The position numbers were made by a program, and so were the translations under genes. A stretch of DNA of 64,000 nucleotides, taken from positions 121,279 to 185,278 of IMG/VR virus record IMGVR_UViG_3300048881_000698; one strand, given 5' to 3'. Under the pieces are notes generated by a model. It worked only from the letters and a program-made list of their open reading frames with translations, had not been told where the DNA came from and did not search any database. The stretch comes from a virus (taxonomy: Duplodnaviria > Caudoviricetes). Position 1 is the first letter of the stretch. Each line of letters begins with the position of its first letter. This document shows, in pieces, positions 49,026 through 58,413 of this stretch.

Positions 49026-50066
49026 TTATTCCCAGTCTAATCCACCCATGGTTAATATTGCAATTAAACCTGGGATATTTTCTTTAATATACACTCCAGA
49101 AAATAGTGTTTTTGTTCTTCCACCTACGTAAGAAATAGCAGCGTCGATATGTTTACTAACTTCTGGATTGTTTGCCATTTCTGGAGTGACAACGAACAAT
49201 ATAGCACCAGTATCGGGCTTTCCTTGCGGAACTGGACAAGGAGATTGTTTGATACAATTTTGAAAAATTGTAGCCCCTAAGTTAGATACTGACGGATCTT
49301 GAACCAATGCTGTACCGAGAAGCATCCTCTTTTTCGTTTTAAGACACTTTTCTAAGTCTTTTGAATCAAACGTTTGAATTGGGGAACTTTCTGAAGATAA
49401 TTTAAGAACTTGTCCCAACATCTTAGCAAATGCTGTATTAGCAGCAGGATAAAGGTTTAGCATACCAACTTTACCTCTGAGCATTTGAACCTGTTTTTCG
49501 TTACTTAAGGCAAGGTGTGGAAGGTTTGAAATATCCTTAAGAAGAGAATTGGCATTGTTTCTGATTGTATCATTAAGTGATTCTTGAGCAGTGGGAATTG
49601 TAGCTATATAAATCACCGTACCTGAAGCTTGAATCGATTTAAGATATCTTTCGAAAACGCTCTTAAGAGCAATTGCCGCAGAACCTGTTCCTCCACCTCC
49701 ACCTGTTAACACAAACAGCCAATCAACTTTTCCAAGCTTTGTTCTGAGCGCATCTTCAACAACTGTTCCGTTGTCTTTAAGGACCTTTTTGCCAAATACG
49801 ACGTCCTTTCCTACCCCATCAGAATCTGGAATTATAACTAAATGTTTTGGGTCTACACCCTCTGGTTGGTCTTTTTCAGTCGTATTAACAAGCAAAGTTT
49901 TGCTAAACCCCAAATCAATAAAAGCTTTAGCTAGTTTTCCACCTCCTCCGCCTAGGCCAACGAATCCGCAATTGATTGCAGAGACAGCTGTATTTTCTGA
50001 TAGTAGTTCATCACTAGTTTCTTCGGTTGTGGCTCCATAGTGGCCAACAAAATCAAAATCACTCAT
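49026..50066 (-). CDS. Tubulin/FtsZ-family GTPase (phage PhuZ/TubZ/CetZ-like)
   Basis: VGLGGGGGKLA (T1), VNT..D, GVGKD..G, GGGGGTGS (tubulin signature), FDSKDL (T7-like). Confidence 0.9.
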   Translation of the reverse strand: MSDFDFVGHYGATTEETSDELLSENTAVSAINCGFVGLGGGGGKLAKAFIDLGFSKTLLVNTTEKDQPEGVDPKHLVIIPDSDGVGKDVVFGKKVLKDNGTVVEDALRTKLGKVDWLFVLTGGGGGTGSAAIALKSVFERYLKSIQASGTVIYIATIPTAQESLNDTIRNNANSLLKDISNLPHLALSNEKQVQMLRGKVGMLNLYPAANTAFAKMLGQVLKLSSESSPIQTFDSKDLEKCLKTKKRMLLGTALVQDPSVSNLGATIFQNCIKQSPCPVPQGKPDTGAILFVVTPEMANNPEVSKHIDAAISYVGGRTKTLFSGVYIKENIPGLIAILTMGGLDWE

Positions 50067-50150
50067 TTTTTATTTTCTCCAATTTAATATTATATGCTAG
50101 GAGCCCATCCCTCTCGCTAGCGAATCCACCCTTAGGGTCATTCATTTTTG

Positions 50151-50223
<73 letters not shown>

Positions 50224-50237
50224 AAGATACAAAAATA

Positions 50238-50552
50238 TGGTGGAGGCGGTGGGAATCGAACCCACGTCCAAGAATCATCAAATATTCTATCATTCACAAG
50301 ATTATCTGGTTTTTGAACCAGCAAACTGCTTCGTAGCTAAGTTAAACGCGCGCACCACTTATTTTTAAGAAATAAGAAACTTTTTGCTAGTTTTGGGGAA
50401 TAAGGCCACTAGCAGCCTCAGATTACGCAGCTAAGGCGTAATCAACTTCAACGTTATCGTTGGCAGTTAAAAAGTTGAATGTTTATGCTGTGACACTCAC
50501 ACAGTCTTGCAAGAAATACTATCATTATCCCTGTCGAAACCAGGACGCCCCC
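50238..50552 (-). ncRNA. ssrA: tmRNA, tag (A)ANDNVEVDYALAA
   Basis: 5' GGGGGCG...TTCGAC; 3' GGTTCGATTCCCACCGCCTCCACCA with G3.U70; tag frame 50464-50423 after TAACT, ending YALAA-TAA. Confidence 0.95.
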
Positions 50553-50571
50553 AAAATTTTAAAGAACAAAT

Positions 50572-50685
50572 ACTATGAGACGGCTCTTCTCTCGCTCCAG
50601 AGCCAATACTAGCCTCTCTTCAACTGTTTCCCGGGAAACCCTTCGTTAGAGACAATGAAGGTAATATAAAAAGGTATCTCATAGT
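50572..50685. ncRNA. Unassigned ~114 nt structured element
   Basis: 9 bp closing stem (50572-50580/50677-50685) enclosing three hairpins; lies between the promoter and tmRNA. Confidence 0.45.
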
Positions 50686-50782
50686 TAACTAGCTGGTTTG
50701 ACCAGCCCCTTTATAGCAAAATAAACATAATTACAAAAAAGTCATATAGACTACCTCCAGTACTGAGTATAATATATATACT

Positions 50783-50811
50783 ATCATATCAATATATTAA
50801 ATATAAGTCAA
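50783..50811 (-). promoter_or_regulatory. Sigma70-type promoter TTGACT-N17-TATGAT
   Basis: Near-consensus hexamers with exact 17 nt spacing, upstream of the RNA cluster. Confidence 0.75.
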
Positions 50812-51168
50812 TTAATTTTCTTCAAAATATGAATCAATTTGATATTTTTTAACTAACTCATTAAATCTCTTCTTACTAAAACCTAAAAACCTAGCTGCTT
50901 CCATTTTAGTTCTAGTTGCCGAGTATGCATATTTCAATACAGCATCTTTGACCAAATTTGGTAATGAATACCATATTGGATGACCATATAATAACCCGCC
51001 AGCTGCTTTGGCTGCTAGTTCCAGTTTTAATCCTATTATTTCTTCTAAGGTCAAGTTATTTAGCATTACTTCAAATGAATGTGTGATTTTATTTTCTTTT
51101 CGAAGTTTTTTACTCAGGGAATGATTTTTATTCTTTCCTTGTACTCTCTTAGTCTTTTTCCATGCCAT
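50812..51168 (-). CDS. Fis-like helix-turn-helix protein
   Basis: AVLKYAYSATRTKMEAARFLGFSKKRFNELVKKY resembles a Fis HTH. Likely start is MAWKK at 51168. Confidence 0.7.
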   Translation of the reverse strand: MAWKKTKRVQGKNKNHSLSKKLRKENKITHSFEVMLNNLTLEEIIGLKLELAAKAAGGLLYGHPIWYSLPNLVKDAVLKYAYSATRTKMEAARFLGFSKKRFNELVKKYQIDSYFEEN

Positions 51169-51313
51169 ATAATATAAGATCTCCGGCCTAACCACGGTGG
51201 TAATTTTTTTCTTAATTTAAGATATTTTTTAAAACTTTTTTTTATTTACTTAAGTTATTACTTAAAGAGTTTTTAACTAAGATTACCATATTTTTTTTAA
51301 AATGTTAAATTAT

Positions 51314-52237
51314 TCATTTTTCATTCCAGGCCGGTTCTGATAGTGGGCCACCGGTAACTATAGCTTCCGGGAGGTCATCGTCATCATCCCAATATGGGCC
51401 TTCAAGTTCACCAGTAACTATGGGCTCTGGTACTGCTCTCATCATCCCCGCCGCTTCGAGTCTGGCTCTCTTCTCCGCGTCGGTCTCGCTTTCATTCTCT
51501 CCAGCTTCGGCAGCTGCAGCCCATGCTAGAGGAGCAGTTCTTTTCGGGATAAGTTTATTTGTTAAAGCAAAAGGATTACGGCCGAGGATATCGACTGGTT
51601 GTCTTAATCTTTGTGCAATATCTCGGCCCGGGTACATATATTGTTTTCTCAGGGCTGCCGGCAATCTTTTCCATGGTATTTTTGCTAATAGATTACTAGC
51701 CAGTTTAGATCCAGCTGCCATCTCTGCCCCGGCGCCCAATGCTAACATCTCCGCAGCTCCATATGGCATATCCTCAACCTTTTCAATATTTTGCCAGGTC
51801 ATTTGATCCATTGCATCTCGCGCTACATCCCAGTTCTTAGTATATTCTAAATATTGGCGCAACTCTTCTGGATCCCAGTACCGACCGCGGCCGCCAGACC
51901 TCATTGCTGCTCCTCCGCCGGCTTGCGATTGAAAAGGAAGCCAGTCCCACCCTGACTCGTTTAATGAACCTAAGACATCATGCAGTTCTTCTTTAATAAT
52001 TTCTTTTAAAGGTTGAGGCGGCATCATAGGCCCCACAGCCCTACCATATGTCTGCTGACCTAGTCCAATACTTAAGGGATCCGCACCGGTAACAGCTGAA
52101 GACAAATAATCAATGCTTATATCTAGGTTGTCTAATTTGCTCAATAACTTAGTTAATACTAACACTAATTTAGAGTTCGAATCATCATCCAACTCTTCTT
52201 TTATAATCGCGGTTAAATTTTGTTTTGTAAGTTTCAT
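51314..52237 (-). CDS. Putative internal head protein with MKLTK..L..IIKEE leader
   Basis: MKLTKQNLTAIIKEEL; internal repeat LKEIIKEEL...LNE. Confidence 0.7.
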   Translation of the reverse strand: MKLTKQNLTAIIKEELDDDSNSKLVLVLTKLLSKLDNLDISIDYLSSAVTGADPLSIGLGQQTYGRAVGPMMPPQPLKEIIKEELHDVLGSLNESGWDWLPFQSQAGGGAAMRSGGRGRYWDPEELRQYLEYTKNWDVARDAMDQMTWQNIEKVEDMPYGAAEMLALGAGAEMAAGSKLASNLLAKIPWKRLPAALRKQYMYPGRDIAQRLRQPVDILGRNPFALTNKLIPKRTAPLAWAAAAEAGENESETDAEKRARLEAAGMMRAVPEPIVTGELEGPYWDDDDDLPEAIVTGGPLSEPAWNEK

Positions 52238-52240
52238 TTT

Positions 52241-53071
52241 TTAAAACATATCCTTAAACCGGTTCCCCACCCAATTGGCTGCGCGGTTGATTTTATGACT
52301 TGCACTATCCCGGCCCGGCCGGCCCTTGGCCGCGGCCCAGCTGGGACCTGAAGAGACTCCAATATCTTTTTCAAACATTCTTTTCGCCGACGCGTCGAGT
52401 TCTTGGTTTATAGCTAGCTGGGGCGGTCTCTTTCTTCCTTTTAGCTTCGCATCTTTATACCAATCTTCCAGCCAATCGCCGATTGCGTACGATCCAAACG
52501 CTATTGTAGCTGGGTTCAATAGGGCCGGAGCAGCCGCGGCGGAGCCCCAAGAAGCAGCTGACGGAAGCGCCCCCGGTAATGGTCTAGCCATAGAAATCAA
52601 CTTCTCCGCGCCCGGTTCGATAAGTGCCTCTTCAGCAGCGAGTGCGGACCAGAAGGTCGCCGGCTCGAGATCCCACCTAGGACTGTACGTGTCCTTCGCG
52701 AAAGGTTTGCGAGGCCCAAACGCGTCTCTTCTGTTTTGTTCATATTCCTCTTCTGACAGATCGTAAAGATCTTGTACCGCTTTAGCATCAAGCTTTAAAT
52801 GACTGAGTTGCGAGGGAATCCACACTCTTTCCTGTTCTTTCTTCCACGCGGCGTACGCTTCCTGATATGCCTTCTCCTTCGCTTTCTTCGCCTTCCACTT
52901 TGCTAGATAGGCCGCTCGGTCGATCTTGCTGGGAGGTAATTTCAGGCCGCCGCGTTCCGGGGATTGTTCCTCCCAATATTCGTCTTCTGTCTGCAAAGGC
53001 CCAGCCGTGACAGTCCATTCATCTACTTCTTCTTTTATAAGCTTTACTAATTGTGATTTAGTTAGTTTCAT
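52241..53071 (-). CDS. Putative internal head protein with MKLTK..L..LIKEE leader
   Basis: MKLTKSQLVKLIKEEV; Ala/Gly-rich hydrophobic segment. Confidence 0.7.
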   Translation of the reverse strand: MKLTKSQLVKLIKEEVDEWTVTAGPLQTEDEYWEEQSPERGGLKLPPSKIDRAAYLAKWKAKKAKEKAYQEAYAAWKKEQERVWIPSQLSHLKLDAKAVQDLYDLSEEEYEQNRRDAFGPRKPFAKDTYSPRWDLEPATFWSALAAEEALIEPGAEKLISMARPLPGALPSAASWGSAAAAPALLNPATIAFGSYAIGDWLEDWYKDAKLKGRKRPPQLAINQELDASAKRMFEKDIGVSSGPSWAAAKGRPGRDSASHKINRAANWVGNRFKDMF

Positions 53072-53073
53072 TG

Positions 53074-53823
53074 CTACTCCATAGGAACCGGCGGTGCACC
53101 GGAAACTTCAGATCCAGGAGGAGCCTCAGGTATTTGCGTACGCGGCCGGCCAAAATTATCTTCTTCAAAATTCTCAAAGTAAATCTTAAGATTAATCAGC
53201 ATCCAATCTTTGTATACATCTCTGTCTTCAACAGAACCAATAAGTTTTCTATAAGCATTAGCAATTGGAGTTTTTATTTGACCTTTAAAGAAGTCCTTTG
53301 CATAACTATGACCTGTTGGATCCATACCCTCAACTGCTTCAAGGCCGGCGTCTTCACTAGCAGCTACTTCTTCTTTTTCAGCCTCTTTTTCAGCATGCGC
53401 AACCTTTTCCGGGCGAACCTCGATAAATTTCTCTTCATCTGGTGTATCATCTTCAATATCGATATCGATAGCCTCTTCAATGGTGCCGCCGGCATCAATA
53501 ATACCATCTAACTCTTGGAACAGATTTTCTACGAACTTCAAAATATGCTCTCTGAAAGATAATCTTTGAGCTTCATCTGTTTTCAAGCTTATATATTCTT
53601 TTTCCATATTCTCAACAAAAGACTTCAAAGTAACATCAAGAGCAACGACACCAGTTGAATCTCGTCCAAGACCTTGTTCCTTAATAACGCCCCTAACAAG
53701 CTTTTTAAGCTGCTTTTCTTCTTGTGTGTGTGACCCTTTTCTTTCGTTTACAACGCGAATAGCCTTGCGAATAGCTTTACGTAACAAAAGTTCTTCAATA
53801 AACTGTTTTCTATCAATTTGCAT
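53074..53823 (-). CDS. Acidic putative head-associated protein
   Basis: EELLLRKAIRKAIRVVNE and QLKKLVRGVIKE motifs; Glu-rich. Confidence 0.7.
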   Translation of the reverse strand: MQIDRKQFIEELLLRKAIRKAIRVVNERKGSHTQEEKQLKKLVRGVIKEQGLGRDSTGVVALDVTLKSFVENMEKEYISLKTDEAQRLSFREHILKFVENLFQELDGIIDAGGTIEEAIDIDIEDDTPDEEKFIEVRPEKVAHAEKEAEKEEVAASEDAGLEAVEGMDPTGHSYAKDFFKGQIKTPIANAYRKLIGSVEDRDVYKDWMLINLKIYFENFEEDNFGRPRTQIPEAPPGSEVSGAPPVPME

Positions 53824-56800
53824 CGATAATCTCCATGTGTGCTAGTAAATAGTTCAATACCTCTTCAATTTTCTCTATATTTTTCTCTATATTTTCTGAA
53901 TCATACTCAGGATCTTCTGCAGCAATTTCTCCCTCGCCTTCACCCTCGCCTTCGCCTTCACCGGCATATTCTTCTTCGTATTCATATTCTTCTTCATCTA
54001 CATCGTCATAAAATCCTGAATCTATGGCTTCTTCATGTCCAAGATCTCCCCCCTCGTCAGCGGTACCGCCTAAGCCCAGAATAGGATCCAGTTCTATTTC
54101 GCCCTGTGATACCACGTCGAAACTGGTGTCATGAGCCTCCATAAAAGCTCTTTGCTGTTCTTCCGTGGGATTAAGTACTCCTGATTCTATATATTTTATG
54201 CCCGCTAGCGTTGGCGTCTCATTAATGTATTTGTTCCATGTTTCATCAGATATATCTTCCTGCCACAGGTCTTCATAGCCGGTACCTACTCCAAACCTCT
54301 TTTGCCAAGCAAGAGGAGTCGTCATCTGCGCGCCTGCTTGAGCGTCAGAACCGGTATCCTGCGTTTTTGGTTGGGGTTCTGTTTCGCCAGCATAAGCTTT
54401 TTCGAAAAACTCCCTTGCTTTGTTATATAAATAACGTTCATTTGGTGTCAAATCATTCGGAGCGTTCGAAAATTTCAACACACCCTGCACAGGATCGAAA
54501 CGTATTTCACCAAATTTCCATTGGACGCCTTCAACGGCTTCATCAAATGTAAGCTTTTGATTACCGGTAAAATCTCTCATTTGCTGAAGCAGTTTTTCAG
54601 CTTTAGTTCCAGACACACTTGCCTCATTTAAATCTGTACTTTTTAAAACACGCTCTCCAACAAACACTCCCTTATTACCAGTTTGTTCATCCGTTGCACC
54701 TGCAAACCCATCCATCTTAATGGGCTCGTCAGGTTCTCTCCATGGACCACGATTTAACCCTGGTGCTCCCTCAACTGCTCCGGCGCCCATGGCCGAAATT
54801 TCATCGAGCTGCACATCGATCTCCAACTCCTCTTCTTTACCTTCCATCGCTACAAACGCATTTGATTGACCACCAACTCTTCTTGTTGCATAAGCCGTTC
54901 CGGGATCTTGAGGCCCGCGATCCAAGAGCCATTCATGTTCTTTTTTAAGATTTCTCTTCATTGTTCGTTGAAATTCTCCTTCGTTAGCTTCTTGCAAATT
55001 TGAATCATGATATTCAGGAGGAGGTATATCTTCCGGCCACGTGGGATCCGGTACCGTTACGGTTTTTGGTATTTCTGGTATTGATCGCGGCGGCGGCATG
55101 TCGACTATAAGAGGCAATTCCCACCACTTTAGCTGTGTCGCCGTCGGAGTCTGCGCGCCTTTATAATCTTCGTAATCTATTGGCTCATTTAAATCTATGC
55201 TTGCCAATTGTTCTTGGTAATCGCCTAGTTTTTTGGTAGAATTTTTATATTCCCGTTGTAGTTTTGTCAAATACCTGTTTCCCCAATTATACGCGCCGGC
55301 CACCGAGCGAGTGACCCCGTGCTTATTGGTAGCGTCTATCCAGCCCGGGCGCTTGCTTGCCCATCTTTCAAACATGTCGGCGCTAACTTTGCCCGGATTG
55401 TCTTTAAAAGCTTTGACTGCTACTGCAGGATCGCCCCCATATAGAGGTAAAAGATTCCAGCCTAATACTTGATATCGGCCCCACGCGCTTCCTGCAACAG
55501 CAGCAGCTGGGTTTATCTTGTAGAACTTATCATATGCATCTCGTGCTTTTTTATAATTATTTTTGCGCTTCCCGATGAAACTTTGCTGCTTGCCTTTCCA
55601 TGCTTTTGCGGTATCCCCACTTTTTGGACCCATCCCGATGCCGTCAAGCTCTTTTCTTAATTGCTTAAGCTTTTTAGGATCGTTTTTATATTTTTGATAT
55701 ATGTATTTTCTAGCAGAATGAGCATTGAAAGCAAAAGCCTGGGTCTTGCCTCCACTTGATTCAATTTGTTCAATTGCATAAATTACTGCTGGATTAACTC
55801 CCGTTCTCTTAGCAAGACGAAGGGTACGACCAATCCTTCCAGGACTTCTCAACCCTGTTGTCTGTTGAGTCGTAACAGCTGGTTTTGCGTCTGGAGACCC
55901 GGGACTGTAATCACTTGGCTGAGAGAGTTTCACTGGCGGAGGTCCTAGTTCTCCGCGGTCCAGCCATTGTACATCTTTCACCGATTTAGTTCCTAGTGCC
56001 AAATCTCTAATTGCCTGCATGTCCGGATCAGTTCGGTACCATTCATCATAATCGATATCTTTAGTTTTCGGTAAACCGGATTCGCCTGTTGTGAATCCGT
56101 GACCATGCTGTTCCTGTAACAAGCTCACTAACAATTCTTGAAGCGCTTCATTTGGCTGAGTTTCAATACCCAAGATATTGTATATTGCAACTTCTTGTTC
56201 TGCAGAAAGATCTTCCGTTGGTAAAAACACGTTTGATATTGTTTCTAGATCTCCAGCTTTAATTGCTATTCTAAAGTCAGTTGCGCTTAGTTCACCAAAA
56301 GGAACAACAGGGTAAGACCTAACTTGCACGCCTTCTTTTGCATAACTTTGTAAATTAGCAAATCTCTTATCATCTCCGCCTTTTGTGCTGGCGCCCATGA
56401 AAACGCAATCACCAGGCTGGGCCGGCCCATTTACTCCAATAAATTCGAGAGAAGCTTGCACCGGGGAATCAAAACCGCCGGCTTTTGAAAAATAAAGAGA
56501 TTTTTCATTACTCGAAGGCATGATGCTAATATCAACATTTGTTAGCCCTGCCGCGGCCTTGTAAATTTCCCAAATCTGCCTCGATTGTTCTGGCGTCACA
56601 TCAGCTTGAGTTTCCGGGTTGAAGCGCCATTTTTTGGCTTTTTTTAAGTTTCTTTTGCTAGCATTGATCGATGAAATCTGCACAAAGACCATTCCATCCG
56701 GACCCATGCTATCGGAATAGGCTTTGACCATCGCCATATGTCCTTTGTGAGGTGGCTTAAATGCCCCGGGAACGACCGCAAGCATGCGTTGACAACCTTC

Positions 56801-58123
56801 TGCGTCTATTTGCTCGTTCAGGCGCTTTAAGGACTCATTCTGTTGAAATGCAGAGATTTCTGTATATCCTTTCCACAAGAATTCCCCAGTAATTTTCAAT
56901 GGCTTCGGACCAAATAGTTTAGGATTTCTAAGTACTAGCCCTTCGTGTTCATCTACGCCTTGTCCTTCAATCCCCATGGCATCCGTTTTTAAAACTGCGA
57001 AAATGTCATTTCCCAACTTTCTTGTTGCATGATAAAAAATAGCTCCATCGATGGCCTTTTTAACATCACCGTCGGTAGCGCATGCAGGATCCGCAGAGCA
57101 CAATTCCAACCACCAGTTTTCTCCTTCGGCTAAAAGGTCGGTAATCAGTGTGCCTTCTAAAATCGCACCATATACAAACTTTCCTGGAGTTGGCGATTTT
57201 TTACCATCAACTAACGTTACTTTTTCCTCTTCTCCGGGATGATCTGCTTCTAAAAGCCAATCGCGAAGCGATTGAGTTCTAGAGACCACCTCTCCGGTTT
57301 CGGGATGCCGACCTAAATTAATCGTAAAATCAGTACTCAAAGTCTTTTCGAATTCGGGCGCCGCAACTGCATAAGACGGAACAGTTCCATATGCCTTAAA
57401 ATTATGTTTTTCAGCAATTGGCTGCAGCTTTTCGACTATACTTATCATCGAAGGATCATTTGCGCTAGACCTTATTTCTCTGCCTGCAGACTTCTTATCG
57501 ACATTCCCATATTTATCTACAGGTCTTGGCGCTCCAGGCCTAGACATCCCGCCGCCTCTAAAAGGAGTTTTTTGGTAGAATTGATTTAAACCATGAATTG
57601 CAATAAAATTGCCCTCGTAAGATGTTACATTCGTTTGCCCGGACACATATTCAGTATTAAAAAAAAGAGTCGGATCTTCGAGCATGCCGAGTTCTTTCAA
57701 TTCAGACCAAATTTGACCCGCACTAAGCAACTCGTTCATCATATTCAAAAGATCTGTATATTGCTTAGCTTGACCATGCGGTACCATCTCTCCTGTTTCA
57801 GGATTAACACTAGGCTTAAATCTCTGAGGTATTGCTTCCCCTGTTTCAGGGGATATCACGGGCTCTGCGGGTGTTAAAGATAAATTATCCACTGTAAACC
57901 CTTGTATATCGAGAGAACTCAAAGAACCTCTATCGCCAACAAATTCATATCCGCGAGCGCCCTTTATCAGTTTAAAACCAACGTTAGCCCCATCAAGTTT
58001 TATCGCTGCTGGGTTTTGCTGAACTTCTTGAGCTGCATGCTCAAAAACCTCAATCAAATCCTTACCAGTTTTAACTCGCGCGAGATCAAACGGGTGATCC
58101 ATATGTCCCGCTGGTCCGCCCAT
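53813..58123 (-). CDS. Multidomain polyprotein: ligase-like nucleotidyltransferase + HIGH-family nucleotidyltransferase + N-acetylmuramidase-like domain + acidic tail
   Basis: IKLDG...EGLVL...KITGEF; PGAFKPPHKGH...SATDFR; AIEQIESSGG...SAWGRYQVLGWN; LNE/LQE motifs at the boundaries. Confidence 0.8.
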   Translation of the reverse strand: MGGPAGHMDHPFDLARVKTGKDLIEVFEHAAQEVQQNPAAIKLDGANVGFKLIKGARGYEFVGDRGSLSSLDIQGFTVDNLSLTPAEPVISPETGEAIPQRFKPSVNPETGEMVPHGQAKQYTDLLNMMNELLSAGQIWSELKELGMLEDPTLFFNTEYVSGQTNVTSYEGNFIAIHGLNQFYQKTPFRGGGMSRPGAPRPVDKYGNVDKKSAGREIRSSANDPSMISIVEKLQPIAEKHNFKAYGTVPSYAVAAPEFEKTLSTDFTINLGRHPETGEVVSRTQSLRDWLLEADHPGEEEKVTLVDGKKSPTPGKFVYGAILEGTLITDLLAEGENWWLELCSADPACATDGDVKKAIDGAIFYHATRKLGNDIFAVLKTDAMGIEGQGVDEHEGLVLRNPKLFGPKPLKITGEFLWKGYTEISAFQQNESLKRLNEQIDAEGCQRMLAVVPGAFKPPHKGHMAMVKAYSDSMGPDGMVFVQISSINASKRNLKKAKKWRFNPETQADVTPEQSRQIWEIYKAAAGLTNVDISIMPSSNEKSLYFSKAGGFDSPVQASLEFIGVNGPAQPGDCVFMGASTKGGDDKRFANLQSYAKEGVQVRSYPVVPFGELSATDFRIAIKAGDLETISNVFLPTEDLSAEQEVAIYNILGIETQPNEALQELLVSLLQEQHGHGFTTGESGLPKTKDIDYDEWYRTDPDMQAIRDLALGTKSVKDVQWLDRGELGPPPVKLSQPSDYSPGSPDAKPAVTTQQTTGLRSPGRIGRTLRLAKRTGVNPAVIYAIEQIESSGGKTQAFAFNAHSARKYIYQKYKNDPKKLKQLRKELDGIGMGPKSGDTAKAWKGKQQSFIGKRKNNYKKARDAYDKFYKINPAAAVAGSAWGRYQVLGWNLLPLYGGDPAVAVKAFKDNPGKVSADMFERWASKRPGWIDATNKHGVTRSVAGAYNWGNRYLTKLQREYKNSTKKLGDYQEQLASIDLNEPIDYEDYKGAQTPTATQLKWWELPLIVDMPPPRSIPEIPKTVTVPDPTWPEDIPPPEYHDSNLQEANEGEFQRTMKRNLKKEHEWLLDRGPQDPGTAYATRRVGGQSNAFVAMEGKEEELEIDVQLDEISAMGAGAVEGAPGLNRGPWREPDEPIKMDGFAGATDEQTGNKGVFVGERVLKSTDLNEASVSGTKAEKLLQQMRDFTGNQKLTFDEAVEGVQWKFGEIRFDPVQGVLKFSNAPNDLTPNERYLYNKAREFFEKAYAGETEPQPKTQDTGSDAQAGAQMTTPLAWQKRFGVGTGYEDLWQEDISDETWNKYINETPTLAGIKYIESGVLNPTEEQQRAFMEAHDTSFDVVSQGEIELDPILGLGGTADEGGDLGHEEAIDSGFYDDVDEEEYEYEEEYAGEGEGEGEGEGEIAAEDPEYDSENIEKNIEKIEEVLNYLLAHMEIIDAN
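53930..54010 (-). repeat. Low-complexity coding repeat (EG)n / EEY
   Basis: ccctcgccttcaccctcgccttcgccttcacc encodes GEGEGEGEGE. Confidence 0.7.
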
Positions 58124-58126
58124 GAT

Positions 58127-58402
58127 TTATACTCCTGTATCTTTCTTAGTTCTGACGGGTTTTCTTTTAGTTCTAGCTTTAGGTTTTGGCTTAACTGCAG
58201 CCTCTTCTACGACAGGTTCAGGTTCTACAACCTCTTCTACGATAGGGTCGACCTTTTCTATGATAGGTTCAGACTCTACAACATTTTCGAAAACCTCTTT
58301 TACTGTTTGAATAACTTTTTCTGCAATTACATCTTCTTTGTTTGGTATTCCTTGGGTCTTGGCCACCATCGCTATTTTCCAAAGTTTTTTTCGTTTTGCC
58401 AT
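58127..58402 (-). CDS. Small protein with E/P/V repeats and a basic tail
   Basis: VVESEPIIEKVDPIVEEVVEPEPVVEE then KPKPKARTKRK; AAGGAG RBS. Confidence 0.75.
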   Translation of the reverse strand: MAKRKKLWKIAMVAKTQGIPNKEDVIAEKVIQTVKEVFENVVESEPIIEKVDPIVEEVVEPEPVVEEAAVKPKPKARTKRKPVRTKKDTGV

Positions 58403-58413
58403 TTGTTAACTCC

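Noticed and set aside
50572-50685. 5S rRNA or SRP RNA identity for the structured element
   Set aside because: The size and closing stem are similar, but the conserved 5S loop (CCGAAC) and the SRP GNRA-capped helix-8 motif are absent.
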